DNA of 64,000 nt from an uncultured Phycisphaerales bacterium (GTDB lineage Bacteria; Planctomycetota; Phycisphaerae; Tepidisphaerales; Tepidisphaeraceae). The stretch covers positions 640,001 through 704,000 of the forward strand of contig CAWJPJ010000006.1 of NCBI GenBank assembly GCA_963844715.1. Reading direction: 5' to 3'. The number at the start of each line of letters is the position of its first letter. Position 1 is the first letter of the stretch. Below are positions 40,436 through 51,743 of the stretch, piece by piece. Both the position numbers and the translations under genes were made by a program. The notes beneath the pieces were generated by a model. It searched no databases, was not told the DNA's origin, and worked only from the letters and a program-made list of their open reading frames with translations.

Positions 40436-43126
40436 TTACCCGCCCTTGTCGCCGGAGAAAAGATCGCCCTCCGGAATGAGCTTCACGGGTCCGAGCAGGC
40501 CGGCATCGCGCAAGGGCCAATGCGAGGCGTCCAGCGGCCGATTGTGGATGCTCATCACATTGGCGTCGTGGAAGATTTTCCACGGAATGCCGAGGCGATC
40601 CATCGAGCGGATGCGATTGGCCGCGACGTTGGTGACATAAATATCGAGGATATTTTTCCCGGGCTTCAAGTAGGGGCCGACGTCGGCCGTGAAGGGTGGG
40701 GAGATCAGTGTTGAGACGGATTGGCCGTTCACCTGGACTTCGGCGCTGTCGCGAACGTCGCCTAAATCGAGGACCCAATGCGGGGCCCAGATGCTGGGTA
40801 GATCGACTTCGATTTCATATCGCGCGGTGCCGGCGAAACGCTGCCTGGCCGCTTCGTTGCCATTTGTCCAGGAGGCGAGATGATCCATTTCGAAACCGGC
40901 GGGCAGATCGGGGCCGCCCTCCACGAAATCTACTTTCCATTTCCCTTCAATGAGGATGGCCGCCCCGGCGGTTCGTTCGTAGGGCCAGGGGCGGGCCTCG
41001 ACTTGTTCAGCGGCGAACGTGCGAACGATGCGGGATTCATTCTCCTTGAGTTGCAAATAGATTTGCGTGCGTCCGAGATTGTCCGTGCGCATCTGCGCCA
41101 CGCCGGAGTGATCGGGATTCATGGGATCGAGAAGGACGGCCGACTGCGCGGGCTTGGCGAGAGTGATCCAACCTGAATAGTCGCCCCCGGACCAATTGAC
41201 CAGGAAATAATTCTCGCCCTTTTCCCAGGTCCGTCGGATAAAGCGAATGCCGAAATCGGTCATTGTCTCCCGCTGCGTTCCGTGTTCGGTAAGCTCGTCG
41301 GTGATTTTCTGCGGCGATGATTCCTCCACCACTGTGACGCCCATGCGGCGAAGAAATGCGAGCTGAGTGCAGGTGCTCACGGGCATGTAACGGCACGGGG
41401 GGATGACGATCGCCGTGTAAACGTGACCGCCCAGAATGACGCCATGCGGCGACGGCTGGGCGTTTCGGAGCATCGCGTCAGAGACCTCGTCGAAGCCAAA
41501 GCCTCGCTGCCAGAGGAGCCACGCCACGCCGTGGACGGGCATTTCGCGCATCCAATCGCCGTCGATCTTCAGGGGCATGAGCATTCCTCTTGGCGAATGC
41601 CATAGATCGTAAATCGGCAGATACAACAGCACGTCGTTGTCTTGCGATCCGGATTGGAGGACGGACTGGCAGCGTGTGATGTAGTCGCAGAATTTGGGCA
41701 GATCGCGCCACAAGCCGCCCGTTGGGCTGAAATCGGTGGAGGCGTAGAAGACCCAGCCGGGCCAGGGGGCATCCTTGGGTGAATAGGGAATTCCGTGTAA
41801 GACGATGTGATTGACGCCGGCCAGAAAAAAGAAATCGGCCTCGCGTTTGGCCTTGGCGAGGGTGGCGTTGAACTGCTCGTCGAGCCAGGTGAAGGATTCG
41901 GCGGATGCGAGATTTTTGCCCGTGCAATGCGCGGCCGACGAGGCGCACTTGTCAACGGCAATATTCGTCTCGTCGAAATTTTCAAAGCACTCGGTCTCCG
42001 GAATATCGGCGGCGGCGTAGAGATCGAGAATGTTCGCGGGGGCGCCGTGGGCCTGCTCGCGCGAAAGCATGCCGTGCTGGTGGCACCACTGGGTCCAATC
42101 TTGGATGAATTCCAGGTGCAGCTCGGCCATGGTTTGGCAATAATCGCACTTGGCTTGGCCGATTTGGTCGGGAGTGCCGTCGCCCATCAGGGCGGGAAGC
42201 GCGCGGGTCAGGTCGTAATGGCGGCGGCCTTTGAATTCCTTGAAGAAATTGGACGTCCAGTCGCCGGCATATTCGTAGGAATCGTGAAACTGAGCGCGCG
42301 GCAGGAGGCCGTGATAATCCGCGAAGGCTCTGTCGAACTTTGCCAGGTAGTGATCCAGGGCGGTAGTGGAAAACGGATCGACGACCCATCCTTCGCCCCC
42401 GGGAGCGGCTCGCTTTACCTTTTGGAGAGGGCCGACGAGGGAGACGACGCAGACTCGCCACTTGCCGGACGGGGCGAGCCAATCGATTTTGCCGTTCTTG
42501 ACCCTCCAAAGGATATCGAAAATTTCGCGATCGTCGGAAAGAGCGACGACGCACTGGAGGCGATCCGTGGGGAGTTTCGCCTTCCAATGCGATCCGCCTT
42601 TGACGTGAAATTCCTGGAGTTTGGCTTTCGCCGAGGCGTCGTCTTTGGTGATCCATGGTCCGCCCATGGGCCAGCCGGTGCCGGTGGTCATGTCGACGCC
42701 CATGTCGAGGCTTTTTGCGTCGGCCGTGGTCACGTTTAGCATTTCCATCCAGGTGGGGGATAGAAAGGGGATGTAGCGGTCTTCGTAACCGCGGGCGCCG
42801 TAGATGGGGCAAATTTCTACGCCGCCGATACCGGCTTGGTGATATTGGGTTAGCAGATTGCCTAAATTGTCTCGGTCGACTGCGCTGCCCATCCACCACC
42901 AACGTGTCCAGGGGCGGCTGACTTGCGTTTCCTTCGGCCACGCGAGGGGATTGGCGGCACATCCCGCCAGGATCGCCAGGAGCAGGAAAGCCGAGACGGT
43001 CGGGATGAATCTTAAGGATCGCGTTAAGGCATTATGCCGTAAAATGAGGTGGCGAAACACGGGGCGAGGCGGGGTCAATTTTGGTTGCAACGGGGGTGAA
43101 ACTTGGGAGAATCCCGCGCCAGGCAT
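40436..43126 (-). CDS. Glycoside hydrolase family 106-like (alpha-L-rhamnosidase) lipoprotein; true start probably slightly downstream
   Basis: Lipobox LAGC; PWTRWWWMG, GIGGVEICPIYG, TGWPMGGP, DSYE, QAHG, AESFTW; C-terminal LDLGDV...GLLGPV. Confidence 0.82.
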   Translation of the reverse strand: MPGAGFSQVSPPLQPKLTPPRPVFRHLILRHNALTRSLRFIPTVSAFLLLAILAGCAANPLAWPKETQVSRPWTRWWWMGSAVDRDNLGNLLTQYHQAGIGGVEICPIYGARGYEDRYIPFLSPTWMEMLNVTTADAKSLDMGVDMTTGTGWPMGGPWITKDDASAKAKLQEFHVKGGSHWKAKLPTDRLQCVVALSDDREIFDILWRVKNGKIDWLAPSGKWRVCVVSLVGPLQKVKRAAPGGEGWVVDPFSTTALDHYLAKFDRAFADYHGLLPRAQFHDSYEYAGDWTSNFFKEFKGRRHYDLTRALPALMGDGTPDQIGQAKCDYCQTMAELHLEFIQDWTQWCHQHGMLSREQAHGAPANILDLYAAADIPETECFENFDETNIAVDKCASSAAHCTGKNLASAESFTWLDEQFNATLAKAKREADFFFLAGVNHIVLHGIPYSPKDAPWPGWVFYASTDFSPTGGLWRDLPKFCDYITRCQSVLQSGSQDNDVLLYLPIYDLWHSPRGMLMPLKIDGDWMREMPVHGVAWLLWQRGFGFDEVSDAMLRNAQPSPHGVILGGHVYTAIVIPPCRYMPVSTCTQLAFLRRMGVTVVEESSPQKITDELTEHGTQRETMTDFGIRFIRRTWEKGENYFLVNWSGGDYSGWITLAKPAQSAVLLDPMNPDHSGVAQMRTDNLGRTQIYLQLKENESRIVRTFAAEQVEARPWPYERTAGAAILIEGKWKVDFVEGGPDLPAGFEMDHLASWTNGNEAARQRFAGTARYEIEVDLPSIWAPHWVLDLGDVRDSAEVQVNGQSVSTLISPPFTADVGPYLKPGKNILDIYVTNVAANRIRSMDRLGIPWKIFHDANVMSIHNRPLDASHWPLRDAGLLGPVKLIPEGDLFSGDKGG

Positions 43127-43169
43127 TACTTTGTTGGAAGAATGGCGAATTTGTGCATTGGAGGGGAAA

Positions 43170-45351
43170 ATGCGGATTGTCCGGCCCCGTCACAAGACAG
43201 TCATACCCGCTCGCGCCGTGCTCGCCGAGGCGCTCGAATCACGTTTGTTTTTGTCCGCCTCCGTGTCAAACCAGTTTTCTGCCGCCCCGACATTTATCGA
43301 CCTGGGTCCCGTCTCGCAATTGAACAGCTTTTCCGCGACCGGCGTGCAGCCCCTCAATCTTTCCGCTCCCTTTATCCCGAGCCAGATCCGCTCCGCCTAT
43401 GGCGTCAACCTGATTTCGCTTAACGGAACCACGGGTAATGGGGCGGGGCAAACTATCGCAATCGTCGACGCTTATAACGATCCGAACATCATCGCCGATA
43501 CCAATTCCTTCAGTTCCAACTTCGGGCTGTCGCAGTTCAACGGGGCCGGCGAGCCGACGCTCAAGGTTCTGAATGAATCCGGCGGAACGTCGTTGGCCGA
43601 CGTCCCCAACTCCACGCCGGGCGGCTGGGACGTTGAGGAATCCCTCGACGTCGAATGGGCTCACTCGATTGCGCCTGAGGCGAACATCGTATTATTTGAA
43701 GCCAACAGCAACTCGGGCAGCGATCTATTCACCGCCGTCGCGACGGCCGCCGATTATGCGGGAGTTTCCATGGTCTCGATGAGCTGGGGAGACGGCGAGT
43801 TCGCGGGAGAGAGCAGTTTAGATTCGTACTTCACCACACCTTCCGGGCACCAGGGAGTGACATTTGTGGCGTCCGCGGGAGACAGCGGCGACATCCCCAG
43901 TTATCCGTCTGAATCACCAAACGTCATCTCGGTAGGCGGGACGAGTTTGACCATTAATTCAGATGGCAGTTACGGCGGCGAATCAGCGTGGTCCGGGGGC
44001 GGCGGCGGTTTAAGCGCTGACGAGTCTCAGCCGTCCTACCAGGTCGGCAAGGTCAACAGCCTCACGACCGCCGCCCGCGCCGCCCCGGACGTCGCGATGG
44101 ATGCCAGCCCAAATACCGGCGTCCAGGTGTTAGATACTTATTATTACGCCGGCTATCTGGGAGTCGGCGGCACGAGCGCGGCCGCTCCCATGTGGGCCGG
44201 ACTGATCAGCATCGCCGATCAGGGGCGTCGCCCTTCAGGGCCTGCAATCTCTCAACGGACATAGCCAAACATTGCCGGACCTGTACAATTTGTCTCCCTC
44301 CTATTTCCATGACGTGATCAGCGGAAGCAACGGACAATCGGCGACCGTCGGGTACGACCTGGCAACGGGACTCGGTTCCCCCATCGCCAATCTGCTTGTC
44401 CCCGCGCTGGCGGGATATCCGACCGGACCGAAGCTTGCCTTCGCCACGCAGCCGCCAAGCAGCGTGATGTCGGGAAGCTCCATGTCGTCCATAGTTGTGG
44501 ATGTCGAGAGTGCGAACGGCTCTCTGAACACCAGCGACAATTCCAATGTCACGCTTTCCGTTTCAAATGCCCCGGCCCGCGCGAGCCTCAACGGCACGGT
44601 TACGGTCGCCGCTTCCGGCGGCGTCGCCACGTTCAGTGGTTTGTCTCTGGACGAAGGCGGTACCTATACGCTCGAAGCGAGCGACGGCAACCTGTACGTC
44701 GCCCTGTCCAATCCCATCACTGTTGTTCCCGTAGCACCCCAAGTCCTCAGCACCCAGGTCGGTAACGGCTCCGCTCAGCGATCCACGATCAGCTCCATCA
44801 GCGTCACCTTCAATGCCCCGGTCCTTCTCGGCAGCAACCCCTTCACCCTCTACCAGGAAGTGCTCAATCCCGACGGCTCAATCGACACCGGCGCATCGCC
44901 GAACAACGTCACGGACGACGTCACCGGTTCTCTCACCAACGGCGCCGCGACCCTCACGATTGCCGTCACGCCGGGCGGCGCTCTCGATCGCACCGGCTCG
45001 GATGACGCCGGGTTCTTCGTCAACGGCATCTATCAGTTGGTGCTAAACGGCGCAGGCATCGCCGATTCCACCGGCAGCGTCAAATTTGATTCCGGCGCCT
45101 CGACTGCGGCGATCTTTGCATCGAACGAGACCGGCACAGGAACATCGCCGTACTTCCACGTTCTGTTCGGCGACCTGACCGGCAGCGGCACGGTAAACGC
45201 GGGCGATTTGCGTACCTTAGGCATGGATTTTGCGTCCTCGGTCGGCGACTCGAACTACAACGCGGCCCTCGACTACAACGGGACTGGCACGATCAACGCC
45301 ATCTCGTTACGCGCTTTTGACGAGGATTACGCTGTCAGCTACGTCTATTAG
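43170..45351 (+). CDS. S53 (sedolisin-like) peptidase with LEPR-XLL-type N-terminus and C-terminal Ig-like/dockerin-like region; frameshift near 44230
   Basis: EALESRLFLS; GQTIAIVDAY, EESLDVE, SMSWG, AGDSG, PDVA, GGTSAAAP, GYDLATGLGSP; GDLTGSGTVN...LDYNGTGTIN. Confidence 0.85.
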
Positions 45352-45381
45352 GCTCAGAGAGATGACTGGAGTGCCGCGTGT

Positions 45382-47334
45382 TTAGGGCTCCACCCAGACC
45401 AGCCCGGGGATATGCAGATCCAGTTCCCGACGGAACTCGGAAATCTCCTCGCTCATGTTGGTCTGCTCGTCGCCCTCTTCATCCTTCTGCATCCAAGTGT
45501 TGATGCCGAGGGCGACGCCTGACTCGCTGATGAGGGGTCCGCCGGAGTTTCCGTGGCGGATGAGGGCCTCGTGCTGGATCCATTGTCCGCCGTCGGTGTC
45601 GGAGACGACGCGGCCGACGGCGCCGCGGGTTAGGGTGTATTCGAAATCGCGATCCTTGAATTGGGATTCGATGTCGGGGGCGGCATTGGCCTGATCATCG
45701 GAGATGAGTTCCTTTTCGAGTTCCTTCGCGCCCAGAGCGGCGGAACCGAGGCCTGGGAATCCGGCGGCGTAGACTTCGCTGCCGCGCATTTCGCCGGCGC
45801 GGGCGGCGAGGCGGAAGTATTTTTGGTTCGGGCGGGAAATCCTCAGGACGGCCAGATCGAATTTGGGGCTGATGTAGACGACCTTGGCCTCGTACTGGTC
45901 GCGCCCGAAAAAGACCCAGACTCGGGATTCGATTTCGATGTTGGTACGCTGGAACAATTCTTTTTGAAAATCGGGATCGTCGAGTATTTCCTTCTCGGCG
46001 ACGACGTGATGATTGGTCAGCAGATACCCCGTGGGCGTGACGGCGAAGCATGAACCGGATACGAAGGGCTGCTCGAAGGTGCGTCCGTCGGGAAGGATCG
46101 CCTGGCAGCCCAGGACGACGAACCCGACGGAGGCCCCCACCGCTGTCTCATCCCGCGGGCTGGTTACAAACGGCGCATTGCGATCCGGCGCGGCGGCTGC
46201 GGCGGGCGCGGAGTCGGTGGCGCTGGCTAGCTGGGCATCGGGCGCGTCGGTTGCGGCGAGCTTGGCGGGCTCCGCCGGCGCTTTCGGAACCGGCGGCTTA
46301 GGAATAGGGGGTGATAAAAGATCATCGCAGGAAATCTCGGTGTAGACTTTGACGTCCGGCGCGCCCAGCGAAGGGTCGTCGGACCGGGCGGGCATTTTGG
46401 TCAAGCCGTCGTCGATGACGTCGGTGTTGAAATCCCATCCCGCGCCGTCCGGGGTCCGCGCGACGTCCACGGCGAGGCGCTTCACCTTGACCAACACCGT
46501 AACAATCGAACCCGGCAACTTTGAGATCAAATCCGCGTTGTTCGTATAGATCTTGATCGGCCCCCAATACTGCATGCGGGTTTGCTCCGCGGTGAGGAGT
46601 TGGGTCTGGCCGGCCGTAAGCGCCTGGCCGGAACTGGCCAGATCGTTGCGGGCGGCGGCGATTTCGGAATTGAGTTCGGAGATCTGCGCTGTCAGCGCGG
46701 CCGTGCCGGGTCCGGAATAAACGCTCAACACATTATTCCCGCTCTGTCCGGCTTGCCCGGCGGCTCGCTCGTGCATCGACGCAAATTGATAGTTGCTCTG
46801 CGCCTCGCTCAACTGGCTTTGCAGCGATTCGAGCCGGCTGCTCGCGGAATCGTACTGATCCTGTCGCGGCTTGAGCGCTATGCGATCGCCATTCGTCAGG
46901 GCGACACGATCATCAGAAAATAGATGGCCGTCCACGCAAATCACGCCTTGCGAACTCACTGTTACGTTCTCGATGATCACCTTGGCGCTGGCGTTGGAAT
47001 CGGCCAGTTGGGTGATTGAGGCCGCCGCCGTGGCGCCTTTGTTGTCGAGCCATTCCTGAGTGGCCGAGGGGGTCCACAAGAGGCCGATGGAGCCGGAGAA
47101 ATCCTCGCGCACTTGTGTCTCGAGGGCGTGAATGCGCAGGGAGAGGTCGGGGAGATGCGCGGCGAGGTCTGTGGATTGCGAAGGCTGAGTCTGTGCCGGT
47201 TGGGTCGCGGCCTCGGCGGCACGCTCGGCCTGGCGCTCATGCAGACGATCCATCGCTTCTTCGACGCTCATCTGCGCGTGCGCGGTCGCGCAAAATGCAA
47301 GCGACAGCAAAATACACGAAACCCAGCGGCCCAT
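45382..47334 (-). CDS. Secreted trypsin-like (S1) serine protease with long coiled-coil N-terminal region
   Basis: Signal peptide; triad LTNHHV, DLAVL, GNSGGP. Confidence 0.85.
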   Translation of the reverse strand: MGRWVSCILLSLAFCATAHAQMSVEEAMDRLHERQAERAAEAATQPAQTQPSQSTDLAAHLPDLSLRIHALETQVREDFSGSIGLLWTPSATQEWLDNKGATAAASITQLADSNASAKVIIENVTVSSQGVICVDGHLFSDDRVALTNGDRIALKPRQDQYDSASSRLESLQSQLSEAQSNYQFASMHERAAGQAGQSGNNVLSVYSGPGTAALTAQISELNSEIAAARNDLASSGQALTAGQTQLLTAEQTRMQYWGPIKIYTNNADLISKLPGSIVTVLVKVKRLAVDVARTPDGAGWDFNTDVIDDGLTKMPARSDDPSLGAPDVKVYTEISCDDLLSPPIPKPPVPKAPAEPAKLAATDAPDAQLASATDSAPAAAAAPDRNAPFVTSPRDETAVGASVGFVVLGCQAILPDGRTFEQPFVSGSCFAVTPTGYLLTNHHVVAEKEILDDPDFQKELFQRTNIEIESRVWVFFGRDQYEAKVVYISPKFDLAVLRISRPNQKYFRLAARAGEMRGSEVYAAGFPGLGSAALGAKELEKELISDDQANAAPDIESQFKDRDFEYTLTRGAVGRVVSDTDGGQWIQHEALIRHGNSGGPLISESGVALGINTWMQKDEEGDEQTNMSEEISEFRRELDLHIPGLVWVEP

Positions 47335-47442
47335 GTTCGTCTCCCGACATTCAGAAAGGCGAGTGTAGATTATCCGAGTTAATGTTGGATTTGCGAAAAG
47401 ACCCGGCGGAATTGACAGGGCAGCCGAGAAATGATGGGAAAT

Positions 47443-48828
47443 TTAGATGGTCCGAGCCCGCCGGCGGGGTTTGATCCCGGCCGCCGTAGCCAAACCAGTC
47501 ATCGTTAGCATCGCCGGCCAGAATGCCGCTGGGAGGGGGACGGCGGTTACGCCTGTGCCGCCGCCGGTGTTGCCGGAGGTTCCGCCACCGTTACCGCCGG
47601 TGCCGGAGATGGTGCCGCCCGGCGTCAGGAGGAAGCCTTCGAAGTTTCCGTTGAATTCGCCCATGCCGATGATGTCCCCGTTGCTATTGACTCCGGCGGC
47701 GGAGATCAAAGTCCACCCGCTGTCGGCGGCAAGCAGCGAATTCAGGTCGACCATCGTCGTGCCCGTGTCCACGAAGGCGTGATAATCACCGTCGGCCGTG
47801 AGGGATGTTCCTACGATCTCGCCGGAATCGTTGATCGCGGTGGCGATGCTGAAGGCTCCGCCGAGGGTGCCGAGATCGGTCATGATCTTGGTCGCGCTAT
47901 CGTAGAGGAACCCGTGCCCGACCGTAAAGGCGAGCGACGGTTCGCTGATGGCGATCCCGCCGATTCCGCTTCCTAGAACAGCGGCTTCCTGATCAAGAGT
48001 GAGAGTCGCCTTGCCGGAGCCCGTGGGAGGCGGGGTGGTATCACCAGACCATCCGACGACTTCGCCAGAATCGTTGATTCCGGTGGCTGCGCTGTAATTG
48101 CTTGAGGGGAGTGTACCCAGATCGAGAAGAGAGCCGCCGCTGAATTCGAAGGCGTGCCCGCCCGCGCCGCTGCTGCCGTTGTATGACGAAAATCCCACCG
48201 CCACGCCGCTCGAATTGATCGCGTCGGCGATGGTATCGGTATAGAGGCCCGGGAGGGGGCCGAACTCGGTCAGCGTTCCGTTATATATGTAGCCCGCCGA
48301 TTTTCCCTGAGCGATGCTCAGGGACCCGGCTAACGCTCCGGAGGAATTGACGCCGAGGACCGATCCATTGGAGAGGATGCTCGATATGGCGCCGGTGACG
48401 CCGAGAGGTGTGGACAAATTAGTCAGCGTTCCACCCTGATAAGAGAAAGGCTCGAACCCGGTCGATGCGGTCGCTTCGCCTACTATTTCACCGTTGTCGT
48501 TGATGGCGTCGGGAAACGCGTAGGAGATGCCTTTGGGATCGGCTCCGAAGTTTGGAATGAGCGTCGCTGAGGACGTCGTGAAGAGGTATCCGCCTTCGCC
48601 CCCCCCGGCGGAGTTAAAGGAGACGCCGGACAGTCCCGTGGCGGTAACTGTGACGTCGTCCGCAAGCCCGACGATTTGATCGCTCTCGTTCAGACTGAAT
48701 GGGACGGTGATGTCGTCGCCGGAAGGCGGGGTTATGCCCGTGACTATGTAGTCCGTCGCGGCTCGACACACTCCCGGCAGCAGGGCAATTCCTGCCATGG
48801 CAACAAGCCAAGATTTGGCACGAGGCAT
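47443..48828 (-). CDS. HAF-repeat extracellular protein with VPLPA-type (PEP-CTERM-like) sorting signal
   Basis: Repeats AINDSGEIVG...HAF...DLGTL; C-terminus VPLPAAFWP-TM-KPRRRAR. Confidence 0.88.
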   Translation of the reverse strand: MPRAKSWLVAMAGIALLPGVCRAATDYIVTGITPPSGDDITVPFSLNESDQIVGLADDVTVTATGLSGVSFNSAGGGEGGYLFTTSSATLIPNFGADPKGISYAFPDAINDNGEIVGEATASTGFEPFSYQGGTLTNLSTPLGVTGAISSILSNGSVLGVNSSGALAGSLSIAQGKSAGYIYNGTLTEFGPLPGLYTDTIADAINSSGVAVGFSSYNGSSGAGGHAFEFSGGSLLDLGTLPSSNYSAATGINDSGEVVGWSGDTTPPPTGSGKATLTLDQEAAVLGSGIGGIAISEPSLAFTVGHGFLYDSATKIMTDLGTLGGAFSIATAINDSGEIVGTSLTADGDYHAFVDTGTTMVDLNSLLAADSGWTLISAAGVNSNGDIIGMGEFNGNFEGFLLTPGGTISGTGGNGGGTSGNTGGGTGVTAVPLPAAFWPAMLTMTGLATAAGIKPRRRARTI

Positions 48829-49026
48829 TTCTCCTCTCCCTTCACACCGACTCGACACTGCGTTTGGTTCGCCCCGTAACTGCACCCACGGGGCTGATAC
48901 GATAAGCCCCTAAATAGTCGCAGGGAGGCAAATTGCTGTCAATTAAAATTTTCCGTTCTGATTCTTATTGACCGAAGAGAAAGCGAAGGGTTGGATATTA
49001 GCCGCCTAAATATTGGATGTCCTCAA

Positions 49027-49377
49027 ATGACTGAGCTAGGCATCATCATCGGTTCGACCTGGATCTTCGCGGCTTCGGTGATTATCGCCATATGCATCCC
49101 GCTGGCCCGGGGCAAAATCCCGCCGAACCGGTATTACGGCATGCGATTCCCTGAGTCATTCGCGTCGGTTGACGCATGGTACGCCATCAATCGATATGGC
49201 GGACGGCGGATGATCGTCTGGGCGGTCCCCATATTGGTTCTGGGCATCGCCATTCTCTTTCTCCCAATCGCGCCGCTAATGGCCTCCCTAATGGTGCCCG
49301 TGGTTATCGTTTTGGTGCTGATCCCGACGATCATGACGATGCGTTACGCCAACCGCTATGGAAGAGGCGAGCGATAG
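49027..49377 (+). CDS. SdpI/YhfL-family membrane protein
   Basis: IPPNRYYGMRFPESFASVDAWYAINRYGG flanked by TM helices. Confidence 0.8.
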   Translation: MTELGIIIGSTWIFAASVIIAICIPLARGKIPPNRYYGMRFPESFASVDAWYAINRYGGRRMIVWAVPILVLGIAILFLPIAPLMASLMVPVVIVLVLIPTIMTMRYANRYGRGER

Positions 49378-49387
49378 CGGAAGCCGT

Positions 49388-49819
49388 TCAGGGTTGGTCG
49401 TTTCCGATCATCTCGCCATTCGTCGGCCGCGGGTTCTTTTGGGACATGACCCAGACAATCAGCAGGATGTAGCCCGCGGCCAGGCAGGACCAGGTGACCC
49501 AGGGAGTCTGCGGCTGGTCGGACACCTGCGACGGATCGTTGGGATCGAGATATCCTGACATCAGGCGGATGTTGTATTCCTGCGACCATTTGAATTTGGA
49601 AACGGTTGTGTAGGCGAGGCTGCCGATCGTGAGCAATCCCCAGAGGATGGCCAGAGTCGCGATGACTTCCGCGCGGCGATGGCGTCGGATGTTAGCCAGT
49701 ATGAGCACGACGAAGACCATCACGCCGGTGACGGCGACCTCGGCGGCACAGAGGAGCATCATCGCCAGATTGCTCTGGGAATTGTCGGTGTTGTCGGCGT
49801 AGGCGAGAATGGAAAGCAT
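49388..49819 (-). CDS. Hypothetical membrane protein
   Basis: 143 aa ORF with about three hydrophobic segments. Confidence 0.55.
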   Translation of the reverse strand: MLSILAYADNTDNSQSNLAMMLLCAAEVAVTGVMVFVVLILANIRRHRRAEVIATLAILWGLLTIGSLAYTTVSKFKWSQEYNIRLMSGYLDPNDPSQVSDQPQTPWVTWSCLAAGYILLIVWVMSQKNPRPTNGEMIGNDQP

Positions 49820-50368
49820 TCGGGAATATTACGACGGGAGAGCGGTCGTGTAACCATGAAGTCGATTTTCTCAATCTGCGTGTTGATGGTTGGGTCCGCC
49901 TTATTGCTGGGGGGCGCCCCTCCGCTGACGAGCAATCCGCGTTAAATTCCGGATACGACACGGCCATCGCCGACTTGCGGCATCATTGGTGGGACCCTGA
50001 CAACGATATTCCCCGAATTCGGCCCACGCGCGGCGGTAATTCTTCGCCGACCTCCTGCGATGTGGGAATGATCAACAACAATGCACGCCGTCCCAGCTTC
50101 TGGCAGATGACGCACTTTGCCAATGTTCAATATTGGAATTGGAAGATCACTCATTCGCCGGCGATGAAGGCGGAGATCAAGTCGGAGTGGAGATACCTCC
50201 ACAACGTCTATACCGACGACGAAATCGCCTCGGGCGGCAAATCCGCGGGCATCGTCAATGTCTCCGACGACGCGGCATGGGAACTGAACTATCTGATGCA
50301 GATTCATGATGTAACGGGATATTCGCTGGCGATGGACGATGCCAGAGCGCTTCTGCGAAACACACTAG

Positions 50369-51743
50369 CAGGACGCTGAAAAACTCGGGAGTTGGCGCAT
50401 TTTCCTGTCTGTTGGCCGCTTTTCAATGGCGGGTTCCATCTCGGATCGTTCCAAGGGCTTCAGTTCGTTCGAGTTCGTTGGCGGATTGCATGCCCAGGTT
50501 GAGTTTCACACGGTACTCAGGTTGCGCATCCGGATCAGATTGAACGCCGCCCCGGCCAGGTGGGCCTGCTGGCCGGTTTTTGAATGTCCGATCAACCGGG
50601 TGCGATACAGGCCGCCGATCGTCTTGGCCCAGCCGATCCATTCCTCGATCTTCTTGCGGCAACGCTGGCTGATGGCGTAACCGAGGGTCTTGGCGCGCCG
50701 ACGCATCCGCTGGCGGGCCGCGATGTTGGCTCGGTTCTTCCAGCGATAGGCGGCGGTGTCGCCGCCGATCTTGCCCTCCTTCACCGCCACGTGCGGACGG
50801 ATTCTTCTTCGCTCCAGCCCACGCAACAGCGGACCCTGGTCGTACCCCTTGTCGGCCCCAACCGTCTTGGGTTTGAGCCCAAAACGTTTCTTGACCCGAT
50901 CGATCAGCGACAACGCGGTGACCGGCTCGCTGTTCTCCAGCGGCGAGTTGACTTCCACCGCCAGCACCAGCCCGTGGCGGTTCTCCACGATCGCGTGCAG
51001 CGCATGGCTGAGCAACGCCGGCTTGCCGTCGCTCTTGCGGACCAGCTTCGCGTCGGAATCGGTGGTTGATTCGTGGGTGTCGTTGGACCGCTTCTGGCCG
51101 TGGAAGTCCACCTCGGCGTTGCGGCCCTTAAAACCGTTGTTATCTCCCGCATCATTGTCTTTTTTGTCCTTTTCATCCCTGGGTTTGAAGCTCTTGATCG
51201 ACGCATACGCCTCGATCAGCGAGCCATCCACCGAGAAGTGGTCGGGGCTGACCAGTCCCGCGGCGATGGCCCGACGCACCGTGCCGTCGAAAAACGCGCC
51301 GATCAGCCCGTGCTCTTCCAGCCGCCCGCGATTGTGCGAGAAGACGGTGGCGTCGAATACCTCTTCGTCGATCCGCAGGTCCAAAAACCAACGGAACAGC
51401 AGGTCGTGATCAATCCGTTCCACGAGCTGCGCCTCGGAGCGAATCGAATAGATCGATTGCAAAAGCAACGCCTTGATCAGCCGCTCCGGCGGCACGCTGG
51501 GCCGGCCTTCGGCCGCGTAGGCGGCATCAAAACGCCGACTCATGGCCTTCAAGTCTTCATCGACCATGCGCTTCACGGCCCGCAGCGGATGATCAGGACG
51601 GACGCGTTGTTCCAGATCGATGGCCGCGATGAACAAAATGGATTGGGGATCGGCCTTGCCTCGCATGAATGACCTCCGTGTCTGGGTGTCACACAGTTCA
51701 GCGCCACCGAGAACATTCGTCAAGAGGGTTTTTCAGCGTCCTG
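50369..51743 (-). mobile_element. IS5-family insertion sequence, 1375 bp, 16-bp terminal inverted repeats, CTAG target duplication
   Basis: CAGGACGCTGAAAAAC (50369-84) / GTTTTTCAGCGTCCTG (51728-43); CTAG at 50365-68 and 51744-47. Confidence 0.93.
50506..51666 (-). CDS. IS5-family DDE transposase
   Basis: DHPLR, GRPSVPPERL, YSIRSE, HFSVDGSLIEA, SNDTHESTTD, GADKGYD, RKKIEE. Confidence 0.93.
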   Translation of the reverse strand: MRGKADPQSILFIAAIDLEQRVRPDHPLRAVKRMVDEDLKAMSRRFDAAYAAEGRPSVPPERLIKALLLQSIYSIRSEAQLVERIDHDLLFRWFLDLRIDEEVFDATVFSHNRGRLEEHGLIGAFFDGTVRRAIAAGLVSPDHFSVDGSLIEAYASIKSFKPRDEKDKKDNDAGDNNGFKGRNAEVDFHGQKRSNDTHESTTDSDAKLVRKSDGKPALLSHALHAIVENRHGLVLAVEVNSPLENSEPVTALSLIDRVKKRFGLKPKTVGADKGYDQGPLLRGLERRRIRPHVAVKEGKIGGDTAAYRWKNRANIAARQRMRRRAKTLGYAISQRCRKKIEEWIGWAKTIGGLYRTRLIGHSKTGQQAHLAGAAFNLIRMRNLSTV

